From assembly GCA_003427395.1 (NCBI GenBank), contig BFEA01000036.1, forward strand, positions 3,406,640 to 3,470,639: DNA of 64,000 nt, in the 5' to 3' direction. Position 1 is the stretch's first letter, and each line of letters opens with the position of its first letter. A model generated the notes under the pieces. That model was not told the origin of the DNA. It ran no database searches and was given only the letters and a program-made list of their open reading frames with translations. A program made the position numbers and the translations under genes. Positions 24,587-37,642 of the stretch are shown here, in pieces. This DNA is from Chara braunii. Its lineage: Eukaryota; Plantae; Charophyceae.

Positions 24587-25915
24587 AAGGAAGGAAGAAG
24601 AATGAGAAGAGAGGAGGAGGAGATGATGGTGGAAGAATAAGAAGAAGAGCAGAACTGGATGAGGGAGAGAGAGGGAGGAAGGAAGGAAGGAAGGAAGGAA
24701 GGAAGGAAGGGAGGGAGGGAGGGTGGGAGGGAGGGAGGGGGGAAGGAAGGAAGGAAGGAAGGAAGGAAGGAAGGAAGGAAGGAAGGAAGGAAGGCAGTAA
24801 AAAGAAGAAGAAGAAGAAGACACCGACAACAACAGCGACAACAGCGACAACGATAACGACGACAATGACAAAGAAAGAAGAACGAAGAAGAACAAACGTG
24901 AAGGGAGAAAGGAAACAGAAAGAAAGAAATAACCACACAACAAAGGGAAAATCTAGCAACATACACCAAGCCAAAGGCCACTGTCCCCGGTGCTTCACCT
25001 CATGCATGGCTCCCCATGCAGATCAACCTTACCATAAGGCATCCAGCACATCCAGCTAGCAAGGCACTATCAGTCAGTGATCTTTGCTAGCCTTTTTTCA
25101 TCATTTTCCAAATGACGACACACAAGCTCACAACACCTGATTCAGAACCAATGTTTATTCCCTATCTTCTTATTAAAGGGAATAGTGGGTCTCGCATGAT
25201 GATCTCCTGCGAGACTCGATTCCCACCTGGGCCTACATCAGTCATGTTTGTCTTTTTTTCTTTCCCGCACGGATGCATTTTCCCCTCTTGGAGCCTGCCG
25301 GCGCCCCGAAGTCGGTCACCCCGGTTTTCCATTCCTCCCGTGTGGGTGCACTTGGACGTTCATTGTTTCGCACCCCTTGGATTCTGCTTTTTGCCTCCTG
25401 CGAGGACACGTGCTAGACCATTTGTTGTTCCGCGCACACAGCTGTGTTTGCTATTGTCTATTGTGTATTCGTATAGGACCAGTGCACTCCATGAAATATG
25501 AGTACACACCAGAACCGCGTGGGTGACCAGGACAAAGCTGACTGTTAGTAAACAGGTCGAGCTCCAAGTGCAACCGAATCAGATGTCCAAAAGGGAAAAA
25601 AAAAAAAAAAAAAAGTTGTTAGAGCACCCACTGTGTGGATGAGCAGTACAAATCTGACTGCTAGGAAACAGGTCATGAGTTCTAATTGAACTGAGCAGGC
25701 GGCAGAGCATAGGGCCAAGTCGTGCCTAATATTGGCAGGTGTGTGTGTCAGTGCCGTCCTGTCCACATACGGTGATTGCCCCATATGGTACCACCCGATC
25801 CACATGGTTGCACCCCGACCACATAGTACCACTGGGCCCACGGAATACCAACCAGTCTCCCACGCATCGCCTAGCCATGCCAAGGGCCAAGTTGTGCCAA
25901 AGTGTGTTTTCGTGC

Positions 25916-25993
<78 letters not shown>

Positions 25994-26099
25994 ATCACGG
26001 CCGTCTGTCCTTTTTTCTTTTTCTTTTTAGTGGCCGTGTGTGTCTGCGTGCCTTCTGGTCCACATAGTGTGATGCAACCCACATGGTAGGATCCTCAGA

Positions 26100-26247
26100 G
26101 ACTATATGTGAAACAACTTCAGTTAGTATAGTGACTATAGTCTCTGAGACTATAGCGACTATATGTGAAACAACTTCAGTTCGCATAGTGACTATAGTCT
26201 CTGAGACTATAGCGACTATATGTGAAACAACTTCAGTTAGTATAGTG
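26100..26247. repeat. 57-bp minisatellite x2.6 with internal palindrome
   Basis: Unit GACTATATGTGAAACAACTTCAGTTAGTATAGTGACTATAGTCTCTGAGACTATAGC. Confidence 0.9.
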
Positions 26248-28789
26248 CACTGCTCACACACCCCACAAACCCACATGGCTTGACCCGCATGTCCCGCATT
26301 TGTGCCAACCCGGCCACATAGTACCATCCACTCCACATGGCACGGCCCAACCCACGGTGTTCCACGGCCAGATCACCCGGTCCACATCGCACCACCCGAC
26401 CAGCATGGGATGATCCCGACCACATAGTACCAACTATCGGTGCCATGGTGTGCTCCACTTTTTCAAGCACGTGGTGGTTCTACTCCTCCTGCACCCGTAG
26501 TACCACTCCTGATCTAAATGTCACCGCACCCGACTCACATGATACCGCACCCAACCCAAATGATGTTGCACGATACCTGATGGACCTAACACCATGGTCA
26601 ACCTGGATAGCACCCAAAATTTGTCCTGTGGGGAGGGGAGAAAGTGTCCCGAGTCCCGACACATTTCCGATCTACCGCAAGCAAAGCTGCGGCAGATGAC
26701 CGCTTGTCTCCTTACTGGCAATCAGCTTTGCAGGATTGTCCCTCAACATTGTGAGCTGAAATGTGTATCGACCAGAGAATCGAAAAGGTAGCAGTGCACC
26801 ACCTGTATGTGAGTGCGTGCCAACTAGAAAGCTCCACTCTGACAGGGGCTGAGAAAAAGAAATGTCCCATAGAGTCCGGTATCCCATGCTCAAAATTCCA
26901 CAGGAACTGGAACATGCTTCTCAACCAGCAACAGTCGCATTCAGCCACACATAAAGGTTTTACAATCAATCTTACTCCACCTTTCTCCCCCTTCACACCC
27001 CCCTCCCCCTTGCCAGACCCCCTTCCAATGGCGCACCGAACAAACGTGGGGAGTCGCAGGCAGCCACCCATAAAGATTCTACAATCATACTCCCCCTTTC
27101 TCCCCCTTCACACCCCCCTGCCGCCCCCCCCCACTGCCAGACCCCCTTCGAGCAGCGCACCAAACAGACGTGGGGTGCACTTCCCTTCCAGTCATTTCAG
27201 AGAGAAATATCACATTTGTNNNNNNNNNNNNNNNNNNNNNNNNNNNNNNNNNNNNNNNNNNNNNNNNNNNNNNNNNNNNNNNNNNNNNNNNNNNNNNNNN
27301 NNNNNNNNNNNNNNNNNNNNNNNNNNNNNNNNNNNNNNNNNNNNNNNNNNNNNNNNNNNNNNNNNNNNNNNNNNNNNNNNNNNNNNNNNNNNNNNNNNNN
27401 NNNNNNNNNNNNNNNNNNNNNNNNNNNNNNNNNNNNNNNNNNNNNNNNNNNNNNNNNNNNNNNNNNNNNNNNNNNNNNNNNNNNNNNNNNNNNNNNNNNN
27501 NNNNNNNNNNNNNNNNNNNNNNNNNNNNNNNNNNNNNNNNNNNNNNNNNNNNNNNNNNNNNNNNNNNNNNNNNNNNNNNNNNNNNNNNNNNNNNNNNNNN
27601 NNNNNNNNNNNNNNNNNNNNNNNNNNNNNNNNNNNNNNNNNNNNNNNNNNNNNNNNNNNNNNNNNNNNNNNNNNNNNNNNNNNNNNNNNNNNNNNNNNNN
27701 NNNNNNNNNNNNNNNNNNNNNNNNNNNNNNNNNNNNNNNNNNNNNNNNNNNNNNNNNNNNNNNNNNNNNNNNNNNNNNNNNNNNNNNNNNNNNNNNNNNN
27801 NNNNNNNNNNNNNNNNNNNNNNNNNNNNNNNNNNNNNNNNNNNNNNNNNNNNNNNNNNNNNNNNNNNNNNNNNNNNNNNNNNNNNNNNNNNNNNNNNNNN
27901 NNNNNNNNNNNNNNNNNNNNNNNNNNNNNNNNNNNNNNNNNNNNNNNNNNNNNNNNNNNNNNNNNNNNNNNNNNNNNNNNNNNNNNNNNNNNNNNNNNNN
28001 NNNNNNNNNNNNNNNNNNNNNNNNNNNNNNNNNNNNNNNNNNNNNNNNNNNNNNNNNNNNNNNNNNNNNNNNNNNNNNNNNNNNNNNNNNNNNNNNNNNN
28101 NNNNNNNNNNNNNNNNNNNNNNNNNNNNNNNNNNNNNNNNNNNNNNNNNNNNNNNNNNNNNNNNNNNNNNNNNNNNNNNNNNNNNNNNNNNNNNCCACCA
28201 AAAAAAAAAAAAAAATTAAAAAAAAAAAAAAATCTAGTATATCCCATCACTCTGATCACTGTCATATCATGCACTAAGTCTTCGATTTTCTTCAAAACAT
28301 TCATGGTCCTTCACATAATCAAAATTATCAAATCCACATAAATCAAATTAATCAAATCCATACTATTCCATAGCAATTTGTGCTCTCAACCAATTGGTGA
28401 GCATTCATGTAACTGCAGGATATAGTAGGATTGTTCCACAGGTATCTATGGTTCTCGCGCCAAGGGATTCATTTGTCTTAACCTGGCCCAGTTCTGCAAC
28501 ACAGAGAAAAAATAATGGGAAAAAGGGGGGGGGGGGGGGGGAGGAAGAAAAAGAAAAGAACTCTGAGGAGGGCCCACTTTATAGCTGGGGCCCTCAGCAT
28601 TCTGAGGGGATCAGATCGTTCCACAGATGCACTCGGGCTGCAACTCTCACAATCTCACACCCCATAGGAAACTGGAGGACCAGGGGGTGTAATTGCTAGC
28701 TTGTCAGGGGTCTCCAGGAGCCTTGAACTCTCAGAATCTCACACATAGGAAACTGGAAACACTCTGTCAGAATATGTCTATGTTGAAGC

Positions 28790-30790
28790 GATGATGGCGC
28801 ACACACAGAGACCAAACACATCATGTGTCTGCTCTAGTGCAGACAAAAACCGCCAAGCAGGGTAATTGTAATGAAGGGAACTCTCCATCAGGGAGCGACC
28901 AATCTGTTCTTGCGAGAGATCTCATCTCGAGTTCGTGCATCACTCCTAAACAAACCAGTTGGGACGGTTCCGTGGACGACTATCTGATCCGTTCGATTCC
29001 AAATCTGAACAGGGCATTCACCATTCTATAATCCTTTACATCTCTCTTTAACCTTCTGACAGACTCTGTCATCTCTGTGCCTGCATCCCCCCTCCCTGTA
29101 CCTGTTCAGCACTCTGTGACCGGAAAGGGGAGAAGCTGGAAAAACAATGATCACTCCCAGATTCATCCTACAAATGATCCAATCAGGCTGTTGCTGTTTC
29201 TATGGCCTCGAGTGCCTCCCACCACTATCTGACACAGTCTGTCGCGTCCGTATGCTTTCCCCCTTCCCTGCCCCACTGTCCCACTTCCCCTGAAATCAAT
29301 CCCCCCCTCAACACCCCCCTGCGACTCAGAGACCACTACCTGCTGCAGTATGGCATTTGATCATATCTGCACAACACCCCCCGCACACACCTCCCCCACC
29401 TCCTCTCCACCCTCCTCCATCCCTCTCCCCAGCCCCCGTGCGCCCATCTGTCCATGCCTTGCCAGCTCCCTCTCCCTAACTATAAGGCTACTGTCCCTGC
29501 TTGCCATGATACTGTACTGTCGGTCAGGCAACCTCTGTACATCCGTCAGGATGTGCCAGAAGGACTTGGCTGATAGGTTTGGGCACCCACTCTGTCTGTA
29601 TGGAAACATATATCTCTTCGCCACCAAGGAGGGTCCAAGCTTGTCCACCTAAACGCTTCAATTCAGGAATATTACAGTATCAGTTCGGGTTCTAGCCTGT
29701 GGATGTAGACGGGCCTATCTCAGTTGCTGCGCCCACGATCTGTTGAAATACAGACCCGAGTTCGAGTCCAGATACAACCAGATGACAAGACAAGGGGGGG
29801 GGGGGAAGGGGGAGAGAGCTCCTGCCTGTTCTACTTAAGGCCAACCAAGTTCGCAGTGAGACCGTGCAGTTTACAAAGTCTGCTTACAAGGATTGCAACA
29901 CCAAACGATCTGAGAAACCAAAAAAAAAAAAAAAAAAAGAGAAACCAACACATTTTTGTAACAACATGCTTCAAACCTTAGGAAGATTCTCATGCCCGCC
30001 CGGTCCTGCCTAGCCGGGCACTCAGGCATGCCAAAAAAGACAAAAATGTCAAAAACAAAAACAAAGTTTTTTATTTGTTTTTTGGTTTTCTGCGCTCTCC
30101 CAGAGGACCCCAAATCCGGGCTCATTTCTGTTTTTGCGAGTTGCCTGTCAAGGAGGGGGGGGGAGGGAGGGGGGTATAAATTGGTTTTGAAGGGGCTAAA
30201 GGGGTTAAGCGGGGGTGGCCTAGTGTGATTCTGTTATTTTCTTTTGTATCTCCGATTCTGTGAGGAATTCTAATGGGACCATTTGTATTGCTTTTTTTTT
30301 TTTTGTTGTTGTTGAAAAAGCTCCAATCTATTGGTGGGGAGCAGCACCTGCTGGAAAACGGGCCCAGCATCCCATTATACATTACGCAACACATTTTTTC
30401 TGGGAATTTTTTGATTTTTTTTTTTTTTTTTTTGCGCAGGGGCTGCCGGAACCCTGCCGGGGGGTCATGCCCGGCCGGCCACCCGGGCGTGCAACCAGGC
30501 ATAAGTTGGGTGCCTGGGCGCCCAGAAAAACAGCTTAGCTTCAAACCATAATATGGTGGGTACATCGGACTACATCCCAACCGTGTCATATATTCCACGG
30601 CATTTATTCTTCTAGCCACAACACCCCACTCCTCATATTCCATCCCCATTCTGCTGGATCAAAATAAGTCCTTTATGGAAGCTGTGGGCTCAAAACTCGT
30701 CCATTCCTCTGTCTCCACTACTCTCACCTTCCTAATGGCCTTCGTCCTGATAGCAACTGGTGTCTTAGAGTCTTTGTCCAACCTGCTGGT
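28790..30790 (-). mobile_element. Degenerate LINE ORF2 3' fragments interrupted by younger repeats
   Basis: Remnant peptides resembling L1 post-RT regions (e.g. CVWSLCVRHHRF; EEWGVVARRINAVEY). Confidence 0.35.
29708..29790 (+). mobile_element. Same SINE family, 5' half
   Basis: CTGTTGAAATACAGACCCGAGTTCGAGTCCAGATACAACCAGATG. Confidence 0.6.
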
Positions 30791-31208
30791 GACGGCCCCC
30801 GGGTTTGCCACCGTGTTTGCAGCCCGTCAGGGTTGCGTTTTCTTTCCCTGAGACATTTCAACGTCACTCAAATTTCAACGTCGGTGGTCGTCGGGAGGGG
30901 GCGCATTTCAAGGTTTTGGGGCCTTGCAAGGGCCAGGACCACGTAGGACCCGTAGCTGCCCATAAGAGGCCGAGGAGGCCGCGGTCCTTAAAGACTTTTT
31001 CGAAATTGAAATGGCGTAGGTCCACTTTTCTCGAATAGAAAAGCACCTTGAATAGAACATGTACACGTTGTATTCGAATACAACGTGTACCTTTCTATTC
31101 GGATTTCGAAAAAAAAACCTCTTGTATTCCAATGAAATTACTTTTTTTTTTTTTTTGCAGGTCAGCACCTGCCCTTGTGCTCCCCACCACTGGCATGCTG
31201 CATGCTGC

Positions 31209-31260
<52 letters not shown>

Positions 31261-32081
31261 NNNNNNNNNNNNNNNNNNNNNNNNNNNNNNNNNNNNNNNN
31301 NNNNNNNNNNNNNNNNNNNNNNNNNNNNNNNNNNNNNNNNNNNNNNNNNNNNNNNNNNNNNNNNNNNNNNNNNNNNNNNNNNNNNNNNNNNNNNNNNNNN
31401 NNNNNNNNNNNNNNNNNNNNNNNNNNNNNNNNNNNNNNNNNNNNNNNNNNNNNNNNNNNNNNNNNNNNNNNNNNNNNNNNNNNNNNNNNNNNNNNNNNNN
31501 NNNNNNNNNNNNNNNNNNNNNNNNNNNNNNNNNNNNNNNNNNNNNNNNNNNNNNNNNNNNNNNNNNNNNNNNNNNNNNNNNNNNNNNNNNNNNNNNNNNN
31601 NNNNNNNNNNNNNNNNNNNNNNNNNNNNNNNNNNNNNNNNNNNNNNNNNNNNNNNNNNNNNNNNNNNNNNNNNNNNNNNNNNNNNNNNNNNNNNNNNNNN
31701 NNNNNNNNNNNNNNNNNNNNNNNNNNNNNNNNNNNNNNNNNNNNNNNNNNNNNNNNNNNNNNNNNNNNNNNNNNNNNNNNNNNNNNNNNNNNNNNNNNNN
31801 NNNNNNNNNNNNNNNNNNNNNNNNNNNNNNNNNNNNNNNNNNNNNNNNNNNNNNNNNNNNNNNNNNNNNNNNNNNNNNNNNNNNNNNNNNNNNNNNNNNN
31901 NNNNNNNNNNNNNNNNNNNNNNNNNNNNNNNNNNNNNNNNNNNNNNNNNNNNNNNNNNNNNNNNNNNNNNNNNNNNNNNNNNNNNNNNNNNNNNNNNNNN
32001 NNNNNNNNNNNNNNNNNNNNNNNNNGAGGATTCGTTGGAACGGTGGCCAGAGCAGCAGCGGTTATCAGGACAGAGCTGGAG

Positions 32082-32119
32082 CTGTCTCTTATACACATCT
32101 AGATGTGTATAAGAGACAG
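32082..32119. other. Nextera mate-pair junction adapter (assembly artefact)
   Basis: CTGTCTCTTATACACATCTAGATGTGTATAAGAGACAG, i.e. head-to-head Tn5 mosaic ends. Confidence 0.97.
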
Positions 32120-32869
32120 TCCCTGCCCTTGGGCCCTTGGTGCCTTCCACACTCCCCCCCCAACCCCCCCTCCCAAAGAAAAAAGGCCTTGGGTCCACCT
32201 GTGCAGTGCGCAGGCCCGAGGTTGAGAGAAACAACAAAGCGGGCCAGGGCACAATCGCGCAGGGTCGCCTGTTACGTCGGGGCCACAGAAAAAAAAAAAA
32301 AAGTGCTGCAGCAGTCTGCCCTGTTTTTCTCTACAAAGACGAAGGAGCGGATCTAGCCGCTAGCCACAGTAAGTGGCTAGATACGTCCTCTTTCAACTCC
32401 GGCCTTGGTTAGCGAATTTGGAAGCCCGCCCCCAACTTACCTGGCCTTCTCACTGCACGACGCCATGACGGAGTGGCACTGGCGGGCGGCGCATGGTAGA
32501 GAGGTGGCAACATCGGTGGAGTCGTCATGGGCAGGGCTGCATCAGCACGGGTGGGTGCGGGCGGCAAAGCATTTAGGTCTTGGGTGCAGAGGGGTAATGA
32601 TGTTCTCACAGGTGCGCGTGGGTACGGGTGAGGACTTTTTCCGGGTGACGGGTGGGTCGGGCACGGGGCTGAAATTTCAAAAAATGGTTTTGGTAGGTCG
32701 GGTGGTCTTCAGGTGGAAAGTAAAATTGTTGGGTCGGGTGGGTGGTAAGAAATAAATAAAAAATTGGCTGGGTTGGGTCATGGGTCATGGGTCATGGGTC
32801 ATGGGTCATGGGTGAGGAAAATATATATATATGTCCACCTCTGCTACAATGGTTGATCATGCATCTGGC

Positions 32870-33540
32870 CTTGCCGGTAAACGCCTGGCTCAACGTTCGG
32901 AGCAGTCAACAGCACAGGGATGAGCAAAGCGAGAAATGAAATGCGCAGTCTGTACAGGAGGAGTAAGCGAAACAGTGGAACAATGCCTCTGCCTACTTAC
33001 TTGTAAAGAAGTGCAGGCAGTGTGGGAAAAGGCCAAGTTGATATGGGGGAAGGTCTCAAGTAAACAGTTTGCGGAGGACACAATTAAGCGGCTGATGAAA
33101 ACGGCCTCACCGGGATCCTGGGGAGGGAGGAGAAGAGAAGATATATAATTTGCTAAGGCAGTATGCCTTATGGAGCATATGGAAGAGGAGATGTCAGTAC
33201 AAAATAGAGAAGAAGCCAATGCACAGACAAGAAGCTAGAACCATCCTCCACAACCTTAGAGACAGACATCCAAGCGCAATGGAAGAGAACACGACAGCGC
33301 ATGCAACAAAACATGGGGTCGGCCCAGGAAATTCAAAAAGAGATCCGTGCAAACAACCCTGTGTAAGGGGAAGGTGGCGGTGATGGAACGGACAAGGATT
33401 ATGTTCCAATGGTGATGGCAGGGGGAGGGATTGGAGAATATGGAGGCACCGGGAATCCAACAAGGGGGGGACGAGGAGCCTATCCATTTCCACACCGTGA
33501 AGCAGGCCACCAGGACAAAGAAATACAAATAAACAGGGAG
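32870..33540 (+). mobile_element. L1 3' fragment (zf-RVT-like zinc finger)
   Basis: CAVCTGGVSETVEQCLCLLTCKEVQAVW and LRQYALWSIWKRRC, followed by a purine-rich 3' region. Confidence 0.7.
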
Positions 33541-33857
33541 AAGGGATTGGTTCAGGAATTCAGGTGAAGGAAGGGAAGGGGTTTATCTATGCTGGAGACG
33601 TCAGTTAGGGTCTAGGGCTTAAGGAGCAAGTGCGAGGGAGTAAAGTTAAGGAGAAGAGGATGTGAGGAAACAAGGGAGGGTCAAGAGAGGTCTTGGGGGA
33701 CGGGGAGAGAAAGTAGAAAAAGGAAAGTATAGGAAGGCAGAACAAAGTAAGCTAAAATATTGGGGGGCTATTTAAATAAAAGCAGGTAAAGTAAGGGGTT
33801 AAGACACGAGAAACTAGGGTTTAGGGTTTAAGTTTAGGAGGTTGAACATAGGGTTAG

Positions 33858-33902
<45 letters not shown>

Positions 33903-34771
33903 CCCTGCAGCATGCAGCATGTCAGTGGCGCTGACCTCCAAAAAAAAAAAAAGAAGTAGTGTTATTGGAATACAAGAGTTTTTTTCTTTTTGAAATTCGA
34001 ATAGAAGGGGTACACGTTGTAATCAAATACAAGGTGTACATGTTCTATTCGAAGTGCTCTGCTATTCGAGAAAACTGAACCCACGCCTTTCCGATTTCGA
34101 AATATTCAAAACTCAAGGACCGTGGCCTCCTTGGCCTCATACGGGCAGCTACCGGTCCTACGCAGCCTGGAAAGCCCCAAACCTACTCAGCAGATTGAGA
34201 CTTCAGTTTGAACCACTCTCAGCAGCCTGGAAAGCCCCAAACTTACATCAAACCTGATCAAAGCATATGTGCCAGGTTCGCGCGTAGGTTTGTACCCATA
34301 GGGTGAAAATTAAAGAGGACTACCACCTATCCACACCAGATTGAGACTTCAGTTCGAACCGCACTCAGCAGCCAGGAGAGACCCCCCAAACCTTCGTAGA
34401 AACAGATGTGACCGGGGCCACGTTCACGGCTAGGTTTGTACCAATGCCTGTGCGACGTGGCCAGGAGGGCCCCTGGACCGAGAATGCGAGCACGGGCCAA
34501 TGCGCTCGACAGTGCTGTCTCCATTCATTTTCCGAGCTGAGTTCGGATCATAGGAGTAGCTTTGTTAAAATACAAGTGCCCACCTTGGGCATGAAGATGA
34601 GGACTCGTAAACAGGTCATGAGCTCGAATTGTGATCAGGACAAGCCTTTCTCACATGCAAGTATGCACCTGGCCCGCGGCAGACGCGAACTTTCCACGTC
34701 TTAGCTATGTGCGATACGCAGAGAACAATTAGTTAGAACTTCTCTCCATCCAATAGAGATTGGTGGAAGAT

Positions 34772-34836
34772 TGGCGGGAGTAGGATTTGAACCTACAACA
34801 TTCAGAGTATGAGCCTGACGAGTTACCAATTACTCT
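34772..34836 (-). pseudogene. trnfM: Organellar-type tRNA-fMet(CAU) fragment lacking the 5' acceptor strand
   Basis: AGAGTAATTGGTAACTC D-arm, TCAGG-CTCATAC-TCTGA anticodon arm, GTAGG-TTCAAAT-CCTAC T-arm, TCCCGCCA 3' end. Confidence 0.7.
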
Positions 34837-34992
34837 GAACAATACGGATGTAACTGTTCGTAAACAGGTCACGAGCTCGACTTGTGATGGAATCAGGGGC
34901 ATACTTTTATAAGAAATGTAAAAGAGAAAACAGTCACAGCGAAAAGGGCTTTTAAACCACCGGTATGATTCCCATCCATTTTCTAAGTAGTT

Positions 34993-35152
34993 CCGTGCAT
35001 GCAGGCATGTCAGGCAGGATGTACCGGGGTGGGGTTTGCCTGGAAATTTATCCAGGCAAAACGGGTTGCATGCAAGGCCCATTTTGCCTGGATGGATTTC
35101 CCGGCTAACACCCCACCCCAGTACATCCCGCCCGTCGCGCCTGCATGCACGG
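34993..35152. repeat. 160-bp fold-back element
   Basis: Arms pair over most of the length: CCGTGCATGCAGGC...ATCCAGGCAAAA / TTTTGCCTGGAT...GCCTGCATGCACGG. Confidence 0.8.
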
Positions 35153-35199
35153 TGCATCTTAGAAAGGCGCACGGTGCATCTTAGAAAAATGGCTGGGTA

Positions 35200-35310
35200 A
35201 CATCTGTTAAAATTGGAACGATACAGAGAAGATTGCCATGGCCCCTGCACAAGGATGACACATGTAAGCCGAGAAACGGTCCAATTTGTTATTAAATAAA
35301 AGAAAAAAAA
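35200..35310 (+). pseudogene. U6: U6 snRNA copy 3, 5'-truncated retrocopy with A-rich tail
   Basis: ACATCTGTTAAAATTGGAACGATACAGAGAAGATTGCCATGGCCCCTGCACAAGGATGACAC...GGTCCAATTT then an A-rich tract. Lacks the 5' stem-loop; AGC triad mutated. Confidence 0.88.
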
Positions 35311-35868
35311 GGCCTTGCATCACATAAAGTACATTGGGGTTCTCTCTGCCGCGGGCAGGTTCTCTTTGGTTCTCCACTTTTTTTTAGGAGGGAGAGGTGG
35401 GGTGGGGGCCCAGCCCACATAGCATCAACCCACATGGCAGATACCCCACATTGTACCACCCAGCACACGTTGCATCACCCATCTACCCACCATTGTACCG
35501 CCCAGTTCACATAGTGCTATCCAGTCCACAGAGCATGACCGACCCCACATAGTATCCTGCAGCCGCTGGAGCACACAGTCCATACGGTACCACCCAACCC
35601 ACACAGTATCACCCAGGGCACATGACACCACCCAGCTCAAGTTGTACCATCAAGCAGTGCCATGGTCTGCCCTTTTTAGTTTGTGCTTTGTGGAAGTCGT
35701 CATGCCCTGTGTGTGTACGCATGTGTTCCAGCACATAGACGGTTTTCTGCGCCAGGTTCTCTTTTCGGGGGCCAGATCTCTTTGAGGGTTTCTCATTCTT
35801 TTTCTGGTTCGGGAATGGGTGCTCCTGCAGCCCAGCCCACATCACATCGCCTAGCCCTCATAAGAGAG

Positions 35869-35948
<80 letters not shown>

Positions 35949-35990
35949 GGACAGGCAGACAGAGAGCACATCACATCGCCCAGGCCTCAT

Positions 35991-36077
<87 letters not shown>

Positions 36078-36631
36078 AGGATGCTGGTGTGGGAAGAGAT
36101 GAGCAACAGGGGGAGGAGGGAGATGTGGAAGCCATGTTGACGGTTTTCTGTGCGTGGTGGCATTGTCGGACAGTTTGTGCAATGGAAGTCTCTGCGACTG
36201 TGACTGTGACTGTGACTGTGCAGACATGCGCTGATTTCCTTCACCTGTCGGTGGCTCCTCCAAGCCATGTGCCTAGCTGACACTCACTCACTCTCTGATG
36301 CATATGGTGTTCTGTGCATGATGGTTTCCGCGTGACGCGAAATACACCACTCTGTGCCCGAATGAGACATCTCTCTGCATTCAGCTGAACAGAATACAAT
36401 CAGGGGCCGCTCAGTTCCATGATGTATCTCAAGGCCGTCACCTTTTCAAACCACCACTACCCCAAAAAAAAAAAAAAAAAAAAAAAAAAAANNNNNNNNN
36501 NNNNNNNNNNNNNNNNNNNNNNNNNNNNNNNNNNNNNNNNNNNNNNNNNNNNNNNNNNNNNNNNNNNNNNNNNNNNNNNNNNNNNNNNNNNNNNNNNNNN
36601 NNNNNNNNNNNNNNNNNNNNNNNNNNNNNNN

Positions 36632-36705
<74 letters not shown>

Positions 36706-37450
36706 GTGGACAAACTCCCTCCCGCTGTGGGCAACTTCCTACTGTCCGGCATTGTGGTCCTATCTTCTTCCCTGGCCCCCTGTAGACGGGGGCTATTGTA
36801 GGTCCCACTCGTAGCAAAGAGAATTGGATTGAGCGCATGAATCTGGACGAGTGCGTGGAAAGATGCAGAAAATCGAGATTCAACTGCTCCTCTGCATCTC
36901 TTCTCAAAAGACGTCCAGATGCAGGAGCTTAATCCAATCCTCTCTGCTAGTGGGACCTCGCCCCGGTGTACAGCTGCACCCACTCTGCAGCGAGCAAAGC
37001 CAATTGTGTGCTTAAAATCCCTTGCATCAGTACTTTTCCCAGCCAATTTTCTATGACGCAGCAGTGCTCGCACCGCATCTGGCCAGATGCACTGGCCTGC
37101 GGTTTCCCTTGGAAAATATCCACGCAAAACAGGCCCTACACGCTACCTCATATTTTGCCTACTGTAACTTGAATTTCAGGCGAACCTGCAGCTCAGGGGC
37201 CTGGTCCCATCAGCAGAGAAGAAATGATTTAATACCGGAACCTGGACGTGTTTGTGGAGAGATTCAGAAAGTTGCGATTAATCTGCTTTTCTGCATCTCT
37301 GCGAAAAACACGTCCAGATTCAGGAATTCAATCCAATCCACTCCACGTTGCTAGTGTAACCAGGCTCCCGTCTATACATATCCCACAAGACCTTGCAGGC
37401 CTGCAAGGCAAAACAGACCTTGCGCGTCGCTACTCGTTTTGCCTGGACGA

Positions 37451-37642
37451 TTTTTTTTATTTTTATTTATTTTTATTTTTTTGAAAGGGCGACGGTCTTG
37501 AGATGTCATCATTGAACTGACCAGCCCCACGCAATTCAGAATGATTTTATTCTCCACATTCTGAGGGCATCTGGATTTGAACTTGAGTCTGTATTTCAAC
37601 AGTTCAGGGGTGTGTAGCAACTGAGCTACTAGGCCCCTTGGT
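37451..37642 (-). mobile_element. tRNA-like SINE, full copy with tail and TSD
   Basis: A-box-like TAGCTCAGTTG, B-box-like GTTCAAATCC, A-rich tail, TSD CCTGGACGA (37442-37450/37643-37651). Confidence 0.75.

Noticed and set aside
26100-26247. CRISPR-like palindromic repeats
   Set aside because: No unique spacers, no cas genes, eukaryotic context; it is a simple tandem repeat.
24550-32119. Tn5 mosaic ends as a bacterial transposon or horizontal transfer
   Set aside because: The head-to-head 38-bp form at gap edges is the Nextera mate-pair junction adapter.
33816-33840. TTTAGGG telomeric repeats (also ~1033 and ~38320)
   Set aside because: Only 1-3 imperfect units; too short to call an interstitial telomere or promoter telo-box.
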